Shown one piece after another: positions 15,834 to 25,678 of a DNA stretch of 50,775 nt (position 1 is the stretch's first letter; the number at the start of each line of letters is the position of its first letter). The notes below the pieces were generated by a model. That model made no database searches, was not told the DNA's origin, and was given only the letters and a program-made list of their open reading frames with translations. The DNA lies in the NCBI GenBank assembly GCA_017828885.1, contig JAGADP010000134.1, positions 1 through 50,775 on the forward strand, given 5' to 3'. Made by a program: the position numbers and the translations under genes. Origin of the DNA: Oscillospiraceae bacterium (GTDB lineage Bacteria > Bacillota > Clostridia > Oscillospirales > Ruminococcaceae).

Positions 15834-16844
15834 TTATAGTCCGTTGGGATTCTGCTGCATGAAGCGCCAGCTATCCTCACACATGGTCTCAAGTGTTTCC
15901 TTTGCCTCCCAGCCGAGCAGCGTTCTGGCGCGTTCTGCATTGGCATAGGATGTGGCGATATCACCGGCGCGGCGGGGCGCGATGCGGTAGTTGATCGGAT
16001 GTCCGCAGGCCTTCTCGTAGGCATGTACCATCTCCAGCACGGAGATGCCGTTACCGGTGCCGAGGTTGATCGGCAGGAAGCCGGTGTGCTCTGCGGCGTA
16101 AGCCAGCGCACAGACATGTCCCTTGGCCAGATCAACAACGTGGATGTAGTCACGGACACCGGTGCCGTCCGGCGTGTCATAGTCGTCACCGAAGACTGCA
16201 AGCTGCTCGAGCTTGCCGACGGCGACCTGTCCGATATAGGGCAGGAGATTGGTCGGGATGCCGTTGGGATCCTCGCCGATGAGACCGCTCTTGTGGGCAC
16301 CGATCGGGTTGAAATAGCGCAGTGCCACGGCGCGGAACTCCGGATCGGCATTGCAGAGGTCATGCAGGATCTGCTCGATCATGACCTTGGTATAGCCGTA
16401 GGGATTGGTTGCCGAGGTGGGCATATCCTCCACATACGGCACAGGATTGTGCATGCCGTAAACGGTCGCGGAGGAGGAGAAGACCATCGTCTTGCAGCCG
16501 AATTCCTTCATGACCTTGAGCAGTACGAACGTGCCGTTGAGGTTGTTCTCGTAGTATTCGAGCGGCTTCTGTACCGATTCACCGACGGCCTTGAGGCCTG
16601 CAAAATGTACCACAGCGTCGATCGGATTGGCTGCAAAGACAGCTCTGACGGCGTCCTCGTCACGCATGTCCGCCTTGCAGAAGGTCACGGACTTGCCGGT
16701 GATCTGCTCAATGCGGCGAATACTCTCTTCCTTGGAATTGCTCAGGTTATCGAGCACAACGACCTCGTAACCGCTCTCTAAAAACTCCACACAAGTATGG
16801 CTGCCGATGAAGCCGGCGCCGCCTGTTACTAAGATCTTTCCCAT
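15834..16844 (-). CDS. galE: UDP-glucose 4-epimerase
   Basis: GGAGFIGSH Rossmann motif and YGYTK catalytic motif; 336 aa. Confidence 0.94.
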   Translation of the reverse strand: MGKILVTGGAGFIGSHTCVEFLESGYEVVVLDNLSNSKEESIRRIEQITGKSVTFCKADMRDEDAVRAVFAANPIDAVVHFAGLKAVGESVQKPLEYYENNLNGTFVLLKVMKEFGCKTMVFSSSATVYGMHNPVPYVEDMPTSATNPYGYTKVMIEQILHDLCNADPEFRAVALRYFNPIGAHKSGLIGEDPNGIPTNLLPYIGQVAVGKLEQLAVFGDDYDTPDGTGVRDYIHVVDLAKGHVCALAYAAEHTGFLPINLGTGNGISVLEMVHAYEKACGHPINYRIAPRRAGDIATSYANAERARTLLGWEAKETLETMCEDSWRFMQQNPNGL

Positions 16845-16856
16845 GTTACTTCCTCC

Positions 16857-18176
16857 TCAGATGTGATCGGACATTGCCCGGAATGGTTTAACGGACGGAC
16901 GAAGCTCTGTCACGCCGATGCTGCGCAGCTTCACAACATGGCAGTGACCTTCGCCGAGGACATGCTCGGTCTGTTCGCGGAAATCCTCGAGCATATCAAG
17001 CGGCACATAGGCCTGCACCGTGCCTGCAAAGCCGCCGCCGTGTACACGGACAGCGCCGCGGCCGTGAAGCAGTGCGCTGCACAGGGCGATCGTGAAGACG
17101 ACCTCCTGCTTGCGGGGATCCTCGAAGGTGCTGCAATTCTGGAGATATTCAGCAGAGGAGCGGCCGGAGGCCTTGATCTCCTCAAGATACTGCGAAAAAT
17201 AGCCGCTTTTCAGGGAATGCACGGCGCGCTTCACGCGGGCATTTTCCGAGAAGAAGTGGAGCGCACGGAGCACGGCACGGTCGCCGCATTGTTCGCGCAC
17301 CTCCGGGAGCTTCGCCAGCAGCGCCTCACGGTTCGTGCCGGAAAGCACCGGAACACCGAGCACCTTGGCAACGGCACACATTTCCGCCGGTACAGCGGCA
17401 TAGGCATCCGTCAGGCCGGTGTGGTCTGCGCCGGTGTCGAGGATACACAGGGCATAGCCCTCCTTGGTGAGATCAACGTCCGTGCGGGTCACGGTGGGCA
17501 TGGCCGACTGGAAATCAATGGCGATCACGCCGCCGATGGCGCAGCCCATCTGATCCATCAGACCGCAGGGCTTGCCGAAGTAAACGTTCTCGGCATACTG
17601 ACCGATCTGTGCCAGTGTCACGGCATCGAGCTTGTCCTCGGCATAGAGCGCACTGCACACCTTGGCACAGAGTACCTCGAAGGCTGCAGAGGAGGCAAGG
17701 CCGGAGCCCTGTAAAATATCAGATGTGGTGTAGGCATCGAAGCCGCCGACCGGAACGCCCATGCTCCGGAAACGGGCGGCGATACCCCGCAGGAGTGCGG
17801 CGGCAGAGCCCTGCTCGTCCGGCTGTACGGAAAGATCGGTCAGCTCAACGCAGTCCATCAGTCTGCCCCTGGACTTCAGGCGGATCTTGTTGTTGTCGCG
17901 TTTTGCGACCACGGCGATGATATCGAGGTTCACGCTGCCCGTCAGAACACAGCCGTTCTGGTGGTCGGTGTGATTGCCGCAAAGCTCCGTGCGGCCGGGC
18001 GCAGAAAAAAGCAGAATATCTCTGTCCGTGCCGAATTCCTCGCCAAAGGCCGTCACTGCGTCGATCAGGCGCTGACGGTAGGGGTCGAGTGCGTCGCCGG
18101 AACAGGCGTACATCTGCTGCAATAAGCTGTCGTAGGCACCGTCTTTGAGTGCCCGGAGGGTACCAGTCTGGTTCAT
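16857..18176 (-). CDS. galK: GHMP-family sugar kinase, galactokinase-like
   Basis: GRTELCGNHTDHQNG (variant of the galactokinase signature), GSGLASSAAFEV (GHMP motif), GGGFAGT. Located upstream of galE. Confidence 0.78.
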   Translation of the reverse strand: MNQTGTLRALKDGAYDSLLQQMYACSGDALDPYRQRLIDAVTAFGEEFGTDRDILLFSAPGRTELCGNHTDHQNGCVLTGSVNLDIIAVVAKRDNNKIRLKSRGRLMDCVELTDLSVQPDEQGSAAALLRGIAARFRSMGVPVGGFDAYTTSDILQGSGLASSAAFEVLCAKVCSALYAEDKLDAVTLAQIGQYAENVYFGKPCGLMDQMGCAIGGVIAIDFQSAMPTVTRTDVDLTKEGYALCILDTGADHTGLTDAYAAVPAEMCAVAKVLGVPVLSGTNREALLAKLPEVREQCGDRAVLRALHFFSENARVKRAVHSLKSGYFSQYLEEIKASGRSSAEYLQNCSTFEDPRKQEVVFTIALCSALLHGRGAVRVHGGGFAGTVQAYVPLDMLEDFREQTEHVLGEGHCHVVKLRSIGVTELRPSVKPFRAMSDHI

Positions 18177-18254
18177 GTTGCGCTCCTGTTTCTCAATGAT
18201 CCGCGGGATCCCGCTGCCGGTTGCAGGGGTGTCCCGATCCTTTACATATTATAT

Positions 18255-18283
18255 AGTATATCTCACCCGGACAGATTTTGCAA
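18255..18283 (-). promoter_or_regulatory. promoter of the galK-galE operon
   Basis: The minus strand reads TTGCAA (18278-18283), 17 nt, TATACT (rc of 18255-18260). Confidence 0.5.
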
Positions 18284-18734
18284 GAGGGGACAGCGCGTTT
18301 TTTTGACTGCTGACGCGATTTTCAGCATTTCGGCTAAAAAATCAAAAACCGCAGACGGCAAAACTGTATGCTCACTCTGCCGGAGCAATACTGCACCGGG
18401 ACGGCGACTTGCTTGGCTCGCTGCCGGACTTGCAAATGAAACCGTTTTCATTTTATTTTACATATTATTAATAAAACTGTGGCCTGTTCTGTTGGTTGAA
18501 CTGTGAGAGCGGTGAAATGGTACAGCAGTAATGCTCAATGAGGAGAATAATTGTAAAATATATACAGAGCGGATAGCGAAACTCCCGGAAATAATAGTTA
18601 GCTGATTTAACTTATATAATAAGAAAAACAGTATAATTTCTAAAATTTTGGCCAAATATAACAAAGGGTATAAAAAGGCCTGCTGTTTAGTGATTTTTTC
18701 TAAAAAAAAGTACTGGATTTATGTAAAAAGGCGA

Positions 18735-18763
18735 TTGCAATTTTAATTTGCAGATGGTATAAT
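18735..18763 (+). promoter_or_regulatory. promoter of the pilus operon
   Basis: TTGCAA (18735-18740), 17 nt, TGgTATAAT (TATAAT at 18758-18763), at the edge of a very AT-rich tract. Confidence 0.55.
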
Positions 18764-18829
18764 AAAGATACTGGAGTATTATGCTGAAATATACTCAACA
18801 ATATTAAACGAACCATTGGAGGTGGTCGA

Positions 18830-20023
18830 ATGAAGAGCTTTTCCTACGTTGCGAAGACCCAAGCCGGAAAGCAGGTAAAGGGTACGATCAACGCAGAGGA
18901 CGAGAGAGATTTTAAAGCACAGGCAACAGCCAAGGGCTTTGAGATCATCCGTTACGAAGAAAAGGACATTTCAGAAAAGAAAACGCTCAGAAAATTCAGC
19001 ACTAAGGATCTGGCATTCAACTGTAGACAGCTTGCAGCTATGCTGACGTCCGGTCTGACACTGGTCAAGGCCCTGGACATCCTCAGTAAAGAGCAGCCGA
19101 ACGAACAGGCCAAAGAGATCTGGCAGAGCGTTTACGAGAACGTGCAGAAGGGTGAATCCTTCTCCTCGTCTCTGGAATTGTACCGGGGCGTGTTCCCGGA
19201 GTTCCTGATCTCGATGGTAGGTGCCGGTGAATCCTCTGGTTCATTGGACGTTATCATGCAGCGTATGTCCGATCACTACGCAAAGGAAAACAAGATGAAC
19301 AACACGATCAAGGGCGCTATGACGTACCCGATCATTCTTGGTGTTCTTTGTCTCGGCGTTATCGTTGCGATGTTCACCTTCATCATGCCGCAGTTCGCGG
19401 GCATGTATGATGATCCGGAAACCATCCCGGCCTTCACTAAGGTCATGCTGAAGTTCTCGGATTCCTTGGTGCACTACTGGTACATCTATATAGCAGTCAT
19501 TGCGGGTATCGTCTTTGGTATCACCTACCTGATGAAGATCCCTTCCACCCGTCTGAAGTGGGATAAATTCATTATCAAAGCACCGGTCGTTGGACCGCTG
19601 GTCGTAAAGATCTACACGGCAAGATTTTCCAGAACCCTTTCTTCGCTGTACTCCTCCGGTATCCCGATGGTAGAATGCTTGCAGCGTTCTTCGGCGATCC
19701 TGGGCAATCGTTTCATCAACGAGAAGTTTGTAGATGTTGTGGATGAGGTTAAGCAGGGCGAAACGCTTTCTTCCTCCATCCAGAGAACTGAGATCTTTGA
19801 TTCCATGTTCTGCTCCATCATCTACGTCGGCGAGGAGTCTGGTGCGCTGGATACCATTCTTGCTAAGACTTCTGAATACTACGACGAAGAAGCGGATTCC
19901 GCAGTTGGCCGTCTGGTAAGCCTGCTCGAGCCTGTTATGATCATCCTGATGGGCGTCGCAGTATGCTGCCTGCTGCTTGCAGTATTCCCGGCACTGTACG
20001 GTGCATTCGAGAACATTGCCTAA
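18830..20023 (+). CDS. pilC: type IV pilus platform protein (GspF/PilC family)
   Basis: 397 aa with two T2SSF-type repeats and 3 TM segments. RBS GGAGGTGG. Confidence 0.92.
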   Translation: MKSFSYVAKTQAGKQVKGTINAEDERDFKAQATAKGFEIIRYEEKDISEKKTLRKFSTKDLAFNCRQLAAMLTSGLTLVKALDILSKEQPNEQAKEIWQSVYENVQKGESFSSSLELYRGVFPEFLISMVGAGESSGSLDVIMQRMSDHYAKENKMNNTIKGAMTYPIILGVLCLGVIVAMFTFIMPQFAGMYDDPETIPAFTKVMLKFSDSLVHYWYIYIAVIAGIVFGITYLMKIPSTRLKWDKFIIKAPVVGPLVVKIYTARFSRTLSSLYSSGIPMVECLQRSSAILGNRFINEKFVDVVDEVKQGETLSSSIQRTEIFDSMFCSIIYVGEESGALDTILAKTSEYYDEEADSAVGRLVSLLEPVMIILMGVAVCCLLLAVFPALYGAFENIA

Positions 20024-20060
20024 AAAACGAACAATTACACACAGAGAGGTGGAAAACTAA

Positions 20061-21764
20061 ATGCTTTCATTTGACGTTACCGATAGAAAAATCCGTATCA
20101 TCAAGGGTACGGAGAGCAATGGCAAGATCAAGATCAGCGCTGCTGCCGAGATCGCTCTCGAAGAGGCGGTCATCGTCAACGGCCATGTCAACGACATCAA
20201 CCGTGTTGCAGTTCTGATCAACCAGGTACTTAAGAGCAACAACATGCCCGACAAGGAAGCGATCGTAGCGATCTCTTCCAACCAGACAGTCTTCAAGGAA
20301 CTCCTGATCACTCCGAACGCAAAGGAGTCTGAGTTCATGAAGGAGATCCGTACCCAGCTTCAGGTACAGATCAATGTAGACGATTCCTACTCCGTAGCCT
20401 ACGTTATCGTAGGTGATCCGGAGGACGATGAGAACGGCGAGAAGAAGCAGAAGGTACTCGTTACCGCTTGCCCGTATGATGTAGTTGAGTGCTACAAGCG
20501 CATCTTCCACATGCTGGGCATCACCCTCAGAACTGTCATGATCGGATGCAACGCCATCACAAAGGTGCTGCTCGCAGATTCCAAGGTCAAGGCAAAGATG
20601 CCGCTGCTGGCTGTACAGATCGACAGCGACTTCATCTCCCTCAACCTGTATGAGGACAATCAGCTCTCGTTCTCCCGTTTCGCTTCCATCGACCCGGAGG
20701 ACTACGACAACCCGGATGACTACGTATTCGAGGCTGTTAACGAGAACATCTTCCGTATGCTGCAGTTCGCAAGAAGCCGCGGCAGCAACAACATCGAGAA
20801 CGTTGTATTCTACGGTGACATCAACGTATCTCCGAACCTGTACAACCGCCTGATCGATGAGCTGGCACCGAACGACCTGTCCGTCAGCCAGCTGACCGTT
20901 CCGCCGCAGATCCACGGTTATCAGAACCTCGAGTTCTCCGTATACGCCAATGCGATCGGTGCGATGTTCAAGCGTAACAAGCTGACGGAGCACATCAATC
21001 TGCTGGATACTGAGAGCGCTGGTACTGCTACCAAGAGCGGCGGCGCCAATGACAAGACCGTTACGATCTTCGCAGGTGTCGGTCTTGGTCTGGCAGCACT
21101 GATCGTTCTGGGTACCTGGGGTACACTGTTCGCACTGGATAGCGCTGTCAAGAGCAGCACCGCAGCGCTCCGCCAGAAGATCGACTCTCCCGAGACCGCT
21201 GCCAAGCTGCAGCAGTATGAGGATCTGCTGGAGCTGCGTGACGTTGTGAATGTTTATAAGGAGAACATCACAACTGCAAGCGATGCTTACAAGTCCAAGG
21301 CAGTCGTAAGCCGCACCTATTTTGATGCGATCGACGAGTCGCTCGAGAAGGTGGCCGCTGACTACGGCTATGTTGTAGCAGATTCCGAGCAGGAAGCTGC
21401 AGAGCTGGAGGAGGGCGCAAATAAGGCTCTCACACCGGCGATCATCACTGAAGTTGCTTATAAGGATGGCGTATTTACCATTCCGATCGGCATCGTAACA
21501 GATGACGAGTATGCACAAGACTTCCAGACTTCCCTGGTAGACTACATCTATCAGAAGCACAGCGATCTGTTCTCGAGAGTACAGTACAACGGCTACGAAG
21601 TAAAGTCTGTAGAAGACCTTGCAGAGTATGTCTATGGCGAGGATGCTGAGATCGAGGTCGAGGGCATTGCAAATGCTGTAGGCTTCGAGCTGAAGCTGGT
21701 GATCAACAACGAGAAGCAGATGCCTGATCTCGAGCTTCCGGAAGCTGAAGAAACTGCTGAGTAA
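20061..21764 (+). CDS. pilM: type IV pilus assembly protein, PilM-PilN fusion with extended C-terminal domain
   Basis: The N-terminal ~320 aa are an actin-like PilM fold (…VAISSNQTVFKEL…VQIDSDFISLNLY…). A single TM (TIFAGVGLGLAALIVLGTWGTLF) and a coiled-coil PilN-like part follow, then ~150 extra aa. Confidence 0.82.
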   Translation: MLSFDVTDRKIRIIKGTESNGKIKISAAAEIALEEAVIVNGHVNDINRVAVLINQVLKSNNMPDKEAIVAISSNQTVFKELLITPNAKESEFMKEIRTQLQVQINVDDSYSVAYVIVGDPEDDENGEKKQKVLVTACPYDVVECYKRIFHMLGITLRTVMIGCNAITKVLLADSKVKAKMPLLAVQIDSDFISLNLYEDNQLSFSRFASIDPEDYDNPDDYVFEAVNENIFRMLQFARSRGSNNIENVVFYGDINVSPNLYNRLIDELAPNDLSVSQLTVPPQIHGYQNLEFSVYANAIGAMFKRNKLTEHINLLDTESAGTATKSGGANDKTVTIFAGVGLGLAALIVLGTWGTLFALDSAVKSSTAALRQKIDSPETAAKLQQYEDLLELRDVVNVYKENITTASDAYKSKAVVSRTYFDAIDESLEKVAADYGYVVADSEQEAAELEEGANKALTPAIITEVAYKDGVFTIPIGIVTDDEYAQDFQTSLVDYIYQKHSDLFSRVQYNGYEVKSVEDLAEYVYGEDAEIEVEGIANAVGFELKLVINNEKQMPDLELPEAEETAE

Positions 21765-21779
21765 GGGAGGTAGATAACC

Positions 21780-22673
21780 ATGAAGGATATGAGTAACAGA
21801 GATAAGATGATCATCATCATTCTCACAATCATCATTTTATTAGTAGCAGGCTTTTTCGCACTGATCCGTCCGACCTACAAGAACCTTGTAGCGGATACCG
21901 AAACATTTAACAAGACCCAGGAGGAGTGGAACGGCATTGAAGTAAAGATCAATGCGATCCCCGGCCTCAAATCCAACATCACTGAGATCTACAACGAGTC
22001 CAGCAAGATCGCAAAGCTCTTCGTAAACGAGGCTTTTGCGGATGCTAACAAGACCTACGATGACAGAAAGGTCTCCGCAGCGATCGACGAGCATCTGCAG
22101 CCGGCGATCGACGAGAGCAAGCTCAAGGTCGAGACTTATGAGATCACCAAGACCGAGTCCCAGGAAGTAGAGTACTACTACTATACTCCTAATGTTGTGA
22201 CCTATTCTCTGCTCGAGGCAGCAGACATCAACGGCAACTATGCTCAGGAGATCACTGAGAAGCTGAAGGCTGATGTTGTTCTGGCTGAGAAGGAGCTCGC
22301 AGAAGTTCAGGTCAGCAGTGTGAAGATGAAGGTCGCTGGTGAGAAGGACGGCCTGCTCGACTTCCTCGACAAGATCAAGGATGACAAGAACGCAGTACTC
22401 GTAACCGAGTTTGAGATCGAAGATTACCAGTTCCAGGGTGGTCTCGATGAAGAAGAAGAAAAGACGCAGCCGACTCAGGCACCTGCACCGGTTGAGCCGC
22501 AGCTTGATGAAGAAGGCAACCCGATCGAAACTCCTGCCGAGACACCCGCTCCGGTAGAGACTCCTGCACCGAGCAGCAACAGCAACCCGCTCGAGGTAGG
22601 CTTCTCCGAGATGGAAATCCATGTCTCCTTCTTCAACGCTAAGCCGATCGACCAGCCTGATCTTGGCGACTAA
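21780..22673 (+). CDS. pilO: PilO-like pilus assembly protein
   Basis: N-terminal TM (MIIIILTIIILLVAGFFALI), coiled coil, and a Pro/Glu/Thr-rich insert. The position after pilMN matches clostridial pil loci. Confidence 0.65.
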   Translation: MKDMSNRDKMIIIILTIIILLVAGFFALIRPTYKNLVADTETFNKTQEEWNGIEVKINAIPGLKSNITEIYNESSKIAKLFVNEAFADANKTYDDRKVSAAIDEHLQPAIDESKLKVETYEITKTESQEVEYYYYTPNVVTYSLLEAADINGNYAQEITEKLKADVVLAEKELAEVQVSSVKMKVAGEKDGLLDFLDKIKDDKNAVLVTEFEIEDYQFQGGLDEEEEKTQPTQAPAPVEPQLDEEGNPIETPAETPAPVETPAPSSNSNPLEVGFSEMEIHVSFFNAKPIDQPDLGD

Positions 22674-22716
22674 AACACGCGCCTGAAGCATTTGCTTCAA
22701 AGGAAAGGTGGTTAGA

Positions 22717-25263
22717 ATGATTAAGGAGAAAGCGAGAAGACCGCGCCGCACGGTAAAGGGTACGGTTCTGTTCACGGTTGTCTGCGTCATGATGGTGCTG
22801 ATCGTGTTCCTGATGGGTACACTGGCACTGGCAGCAACCGCTAACAGACGTGCAAACTACAAATACCAGCGTGCGCAGAATGAGACCATCGCCAGAACAG
22901 TCATTGATGCAGTCGTGACGGACATCAAAAGTGATACGTCCACCAACGGTCTGAACAATGCGCTGGCAAACAAGACTTCGTTCGACATGCAGGTTGAACT
23001 CGACGGCCGTCAGTATCCGGTGGCAGTATCCAGAGGCGGTAAGCAGTGCTGGTATGATGCAACACTGGGCTGGGTCGAGGGTGACATCATCAACCTTACT
23101 GCAACTGTAACAAGCCAGTCCGGCAACGAGCCTGTCAACTACAATGCAAGTATCGTTATGGCGATCACCACTACAAGTAACAACCCGAACATCAACCCGA
23201 ACCCGGCAGGCGGCGCGTTCGTATCTCTCGGTAACATTAGCCCGAAGATCGGTACGACCGGCCTGACCACGGGCGGTACCGAAGTAAACCTGGGCGGTAG
23301 CTCGTCTGACCGTGTAGAGCTGGGTCACTCCAACTCCACGCTGATCGAGACTCCGGTCTACATCAATGGTACCGGTTACATGCTGACTGACATCGACCTG
23401 TATATTCCTTCCATGAAGTATACCGGCGATGAAAAGAATCCCACTTTCTTCGCTATCACTGGCGATCTGTATCTCCAGAACAGCCCGCTGCGGTCCCAGT
23501 TCGGTACCAACATGAAATGGAGAACCGCAACCAACAACACTACGGATGTGACCAACTATGCGAACATCCCGTGCATGTATGTTGGCGGCACCATCTACGC
23601 AAATACCAAGGAGATCGAGCTCGGCAATGATGACAATGCCATGAACCTGTACTGCGGCGCTTTCGAGACCGGCGTAGGTATGAAGGTGAACGGCGACATC
23701 TATTGCTTCGATGCGAACAAGACCTCCGTTTCCGGCGGTACTGCTACTGCTACCAATGCTCTGTACAAGTGGACAGAGAAGCAGATCAAGAATCCGGAGA
23801 ACAATGTAGAGAACCATTCCTTTGGTAATATCTACAGCAAGGGCAACCTTGAGCTGGCGAAGTCCGGCAGCACCAAGTTCACCACCGAGGGCGACATCCG
23901 TGCAGAGGGCAATATCACCCTCGACGGTGTTGAGATCGACGGCGACGTTGTCTGCGGCGGCTCCCTGACGCTGGGTAATGACGTCAAGGTCAACGGCAAC
24001 ATCTATGCAAACCACATTGCTGGTACCGTAGAGTGTGCGAATGACGTATATTACAATGATTCGGACGTTCCGACAACTACCACAAAGATCTGGTATAAGG
24101 TAGAAAACTATAATGCTGAAAGAACTGACCGTGATATGGGCGGCTGGACAGCGACCAACGTAATGGAGTATGATTACGATCTTACGACTTATACCAAGGT
24201 CAATGACAATGCACCGAATGCGGTTAAGGTTCATGTTCACAGAATTGGTGAGTACCCTGACCACGATCCGGGTTCTGGTCTGGAACCGAAGCACAACGAC
24301 AATTATGACGAAGATCATGCAATCGTGAACGCGACCGGCGGCGGCAGTGGCGTTACCATCAACGGCGGCGGCACAGGTCATCCGAACGCATCCGGCAACA
24401 TTTCTGCAACACAGTATAAGAAGGCATCGAGCTGGATCAACATCTATCCGACTGGCTATACCCAGGGCGACATCACCTCTAACATCATCACTGTTCCGCA
24501 GGCAAGCCAGTATACCGATCCGACCAGCTTCCCGACAACTCGTGCAGAGCTGAACGCGCTGGTTACTATCCTCGACAGCAACAATGATCTGATCATCCCG
24601 AGTGTAAACCTCGGCGATAGCGGTGCACCAGCTACGATCACTAACAGCTGTATCGTTTCCGGTTCTGCCTGCAAGGATTACACCTTCAAGCCGAACGGTA
24701 CAATGGCAGTCATCCTTAACAGCGCAAATATGAGCGGCCATAAGTTCATCATTGATGACACCAACGGCACTGTACTGTTCTTCGTTGAGGGTACATTCGA
24801 GAATTCGGCGCAGGGTGGTGCGTTTGTCAACAAGCACTACTACGATCTGATCTATGCAAACCCGTCGAGCCCGAGCTACACCTTCAGCGTAAACAGAACC
24901 AATTTGGCTGACTATCCGAATGTCTATGTATACGGTGCAGCAGGTTCCAAGATCAACATGGACGCTAACACCATCATGACCGCAAATATCAGAGCGCCTA
25001 AGACCACGTACATCGGCGCGACTGGTAAGGCCTGCTCCATCACCTATACCGACTCCGATACCACAACGATGAGCTACATCGGCGTTATCGGTCAGTGTAT
25101 CGCAGGTGACATTCAGGTAAACAACGGCTGGGGCCTTGCTTATGTAGAGCCCGGCAACAACGGCAACAACGGCAACAACAACAACAACCAGAACAATAAC
25201 GGTAACAACCAGACGATCACCTATTCTACGAACGGCGGTTCGATCAACTACACCATTTATTAA
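22717..25263 (+). CDS. giant PilX/PilK-like minor pilin or pilus-associated adhesin
   Basis: ATG 22717 after AGGTGG. The N-terminus RRPRRTVKGTVLFTVVCVMMVLIVFLMGTLALAATANRRANYKYQRAQ resembles PilX_N. An ~800-aa Asn/Thr/Gly-rich beta-type body follows, with an N-rich tract near the C-terminus. Confidence 0.65.
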   Translation: MIKEKARRPRRTVKGTVLFTVVCVMMVLIVFLMGTLALAATANRRANYKYQRAQNETIARTVIDAVVTDIKSDTSTNGLNNALANKTSFDMQVELDGRQYPVAVSRGGKQCWYDATLGWVEGDIINLTATVTSQSGNEPVNYNASIVMAITTTSNNPNINPNPAGGAFVSLGNISPKIGTTGLTTGGTEVNLGGSSSDRVELGHSNSTLIETPVYINGTGYMLTDIDLYIPSMKYTGDEKNPTFFAITGDLYLQNSPLRSQFGTNMKWRTATNNTTDVTNYANIPCMYVGGTIYANTKEIELGNDDNAMNLYCGAFETGVGMKVNGDIYCFDANKTSVSGGTATATNALYKWTEKQIKNPENNVENHSFGNIYSKGNLELAKSGSTKFTTEGDIRAEGNITLDGVEIDGDVVCGGSLTLGNDVKVNGNIYANHIAGTVECANDVYYNDSDVPTTTTKIWYKVENYNAERTDRDMGGWTATNVMEYDYDLTTYTKVNDNAPNAVKVHVHRIGEYPDHDPGSGLEPKHNDNYDEDHAIVNATGGGSGVTINGGGTGHPNASGNISATQYKKASSWINIYPTGYTQGDITSNIITVPQASQYTDPTSFPTTRAELNALVTILDSNNDLIIPSVNLGDSGAPATITNSCIVSGSACKDYTFKPNGTMAVILNSANMSGHKFIIDDTNGTVLFFVEGTFENSAQGGAFVNKHYYDLIYANPSSPSYTFSVNRTNLADYPNVYVYGAAGSKINMDANTIMTANIRAPKTTYIGATGKACSITYTDSDTTTMSYIGVIGQCIAGDIQVNNGWGLAYVEPGNNGNNGNNNNNQNNNGNNQTITYSTNGGSINYTIY
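25153..25212 (+). repeat. in-frame GGCAACAAC / AAC microsatellite (poly-Asn/Gly tract)
   Basis: (GGCAACAAC)x3 then (AAC)x3, then CAGAACAATAACGGTAACAACCAG; it encodes GNNGNNGNNNNNQNNNGNNQ. Confidence 0.9.
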
Positions 25264-25281
25264 GGAGAGGAGTGTTAGATC

Positions 25282-25665
25282 ATGAAATCGGTTAAGAAGA
25301 AGACCGTCAAAGGCATGACGCTGATCGAGATCATCATTGCGATCCTTGTCCTTGGTGTCATGGGTACGATGATGTGTCTGATCGGTTCCACAGTAGCAAA
25401 AGTGATGATCGACACGAATCATCTGAACAACAAGACCACGGCGGAAGCGCCCATTGCCATCGCACAGGATGCGAATTCCGTGGTAGCAGCTCCTACGACT
25501 GTAGGCAGCATCAAGATCACGACTACCAACGGCGGTTTCTCCGACCGTACTGTTCCGCTGTCCAGCGTTGAAAAGTATTCCACCAAGGAGTACGGCGATG
25601 CGCTCGGCGAGCAGGGACAGAGCAACATGAATGGTAACATCGTGTTCTACAAACTTAATGACTAA
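25282..25665 (+). CDS. pilA: type IV prepilin (probable major pilin)
   Basis: MKSVKKKTVKG|MTLIEIIIAILVLGV: class III signal with Gly-1 and Glu+5. 127 aa. Strong RBS AAGGAGAGGAG. Confidence 0.88.
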   Translation: MKSVKKKTVKGMTLIEIIIAILVLGVMGTMMCLIGSTVAKVMIDTNHLNNKTTAEAPIAIAQDANSVVAAPTTVGSIKITTTNGGFSDRTVPLSSVEKYSTKEYGDALGEQGQSNMNGNIVFYKLND

Positions 25666-25678
25666 GGGGGGGAGCTCT

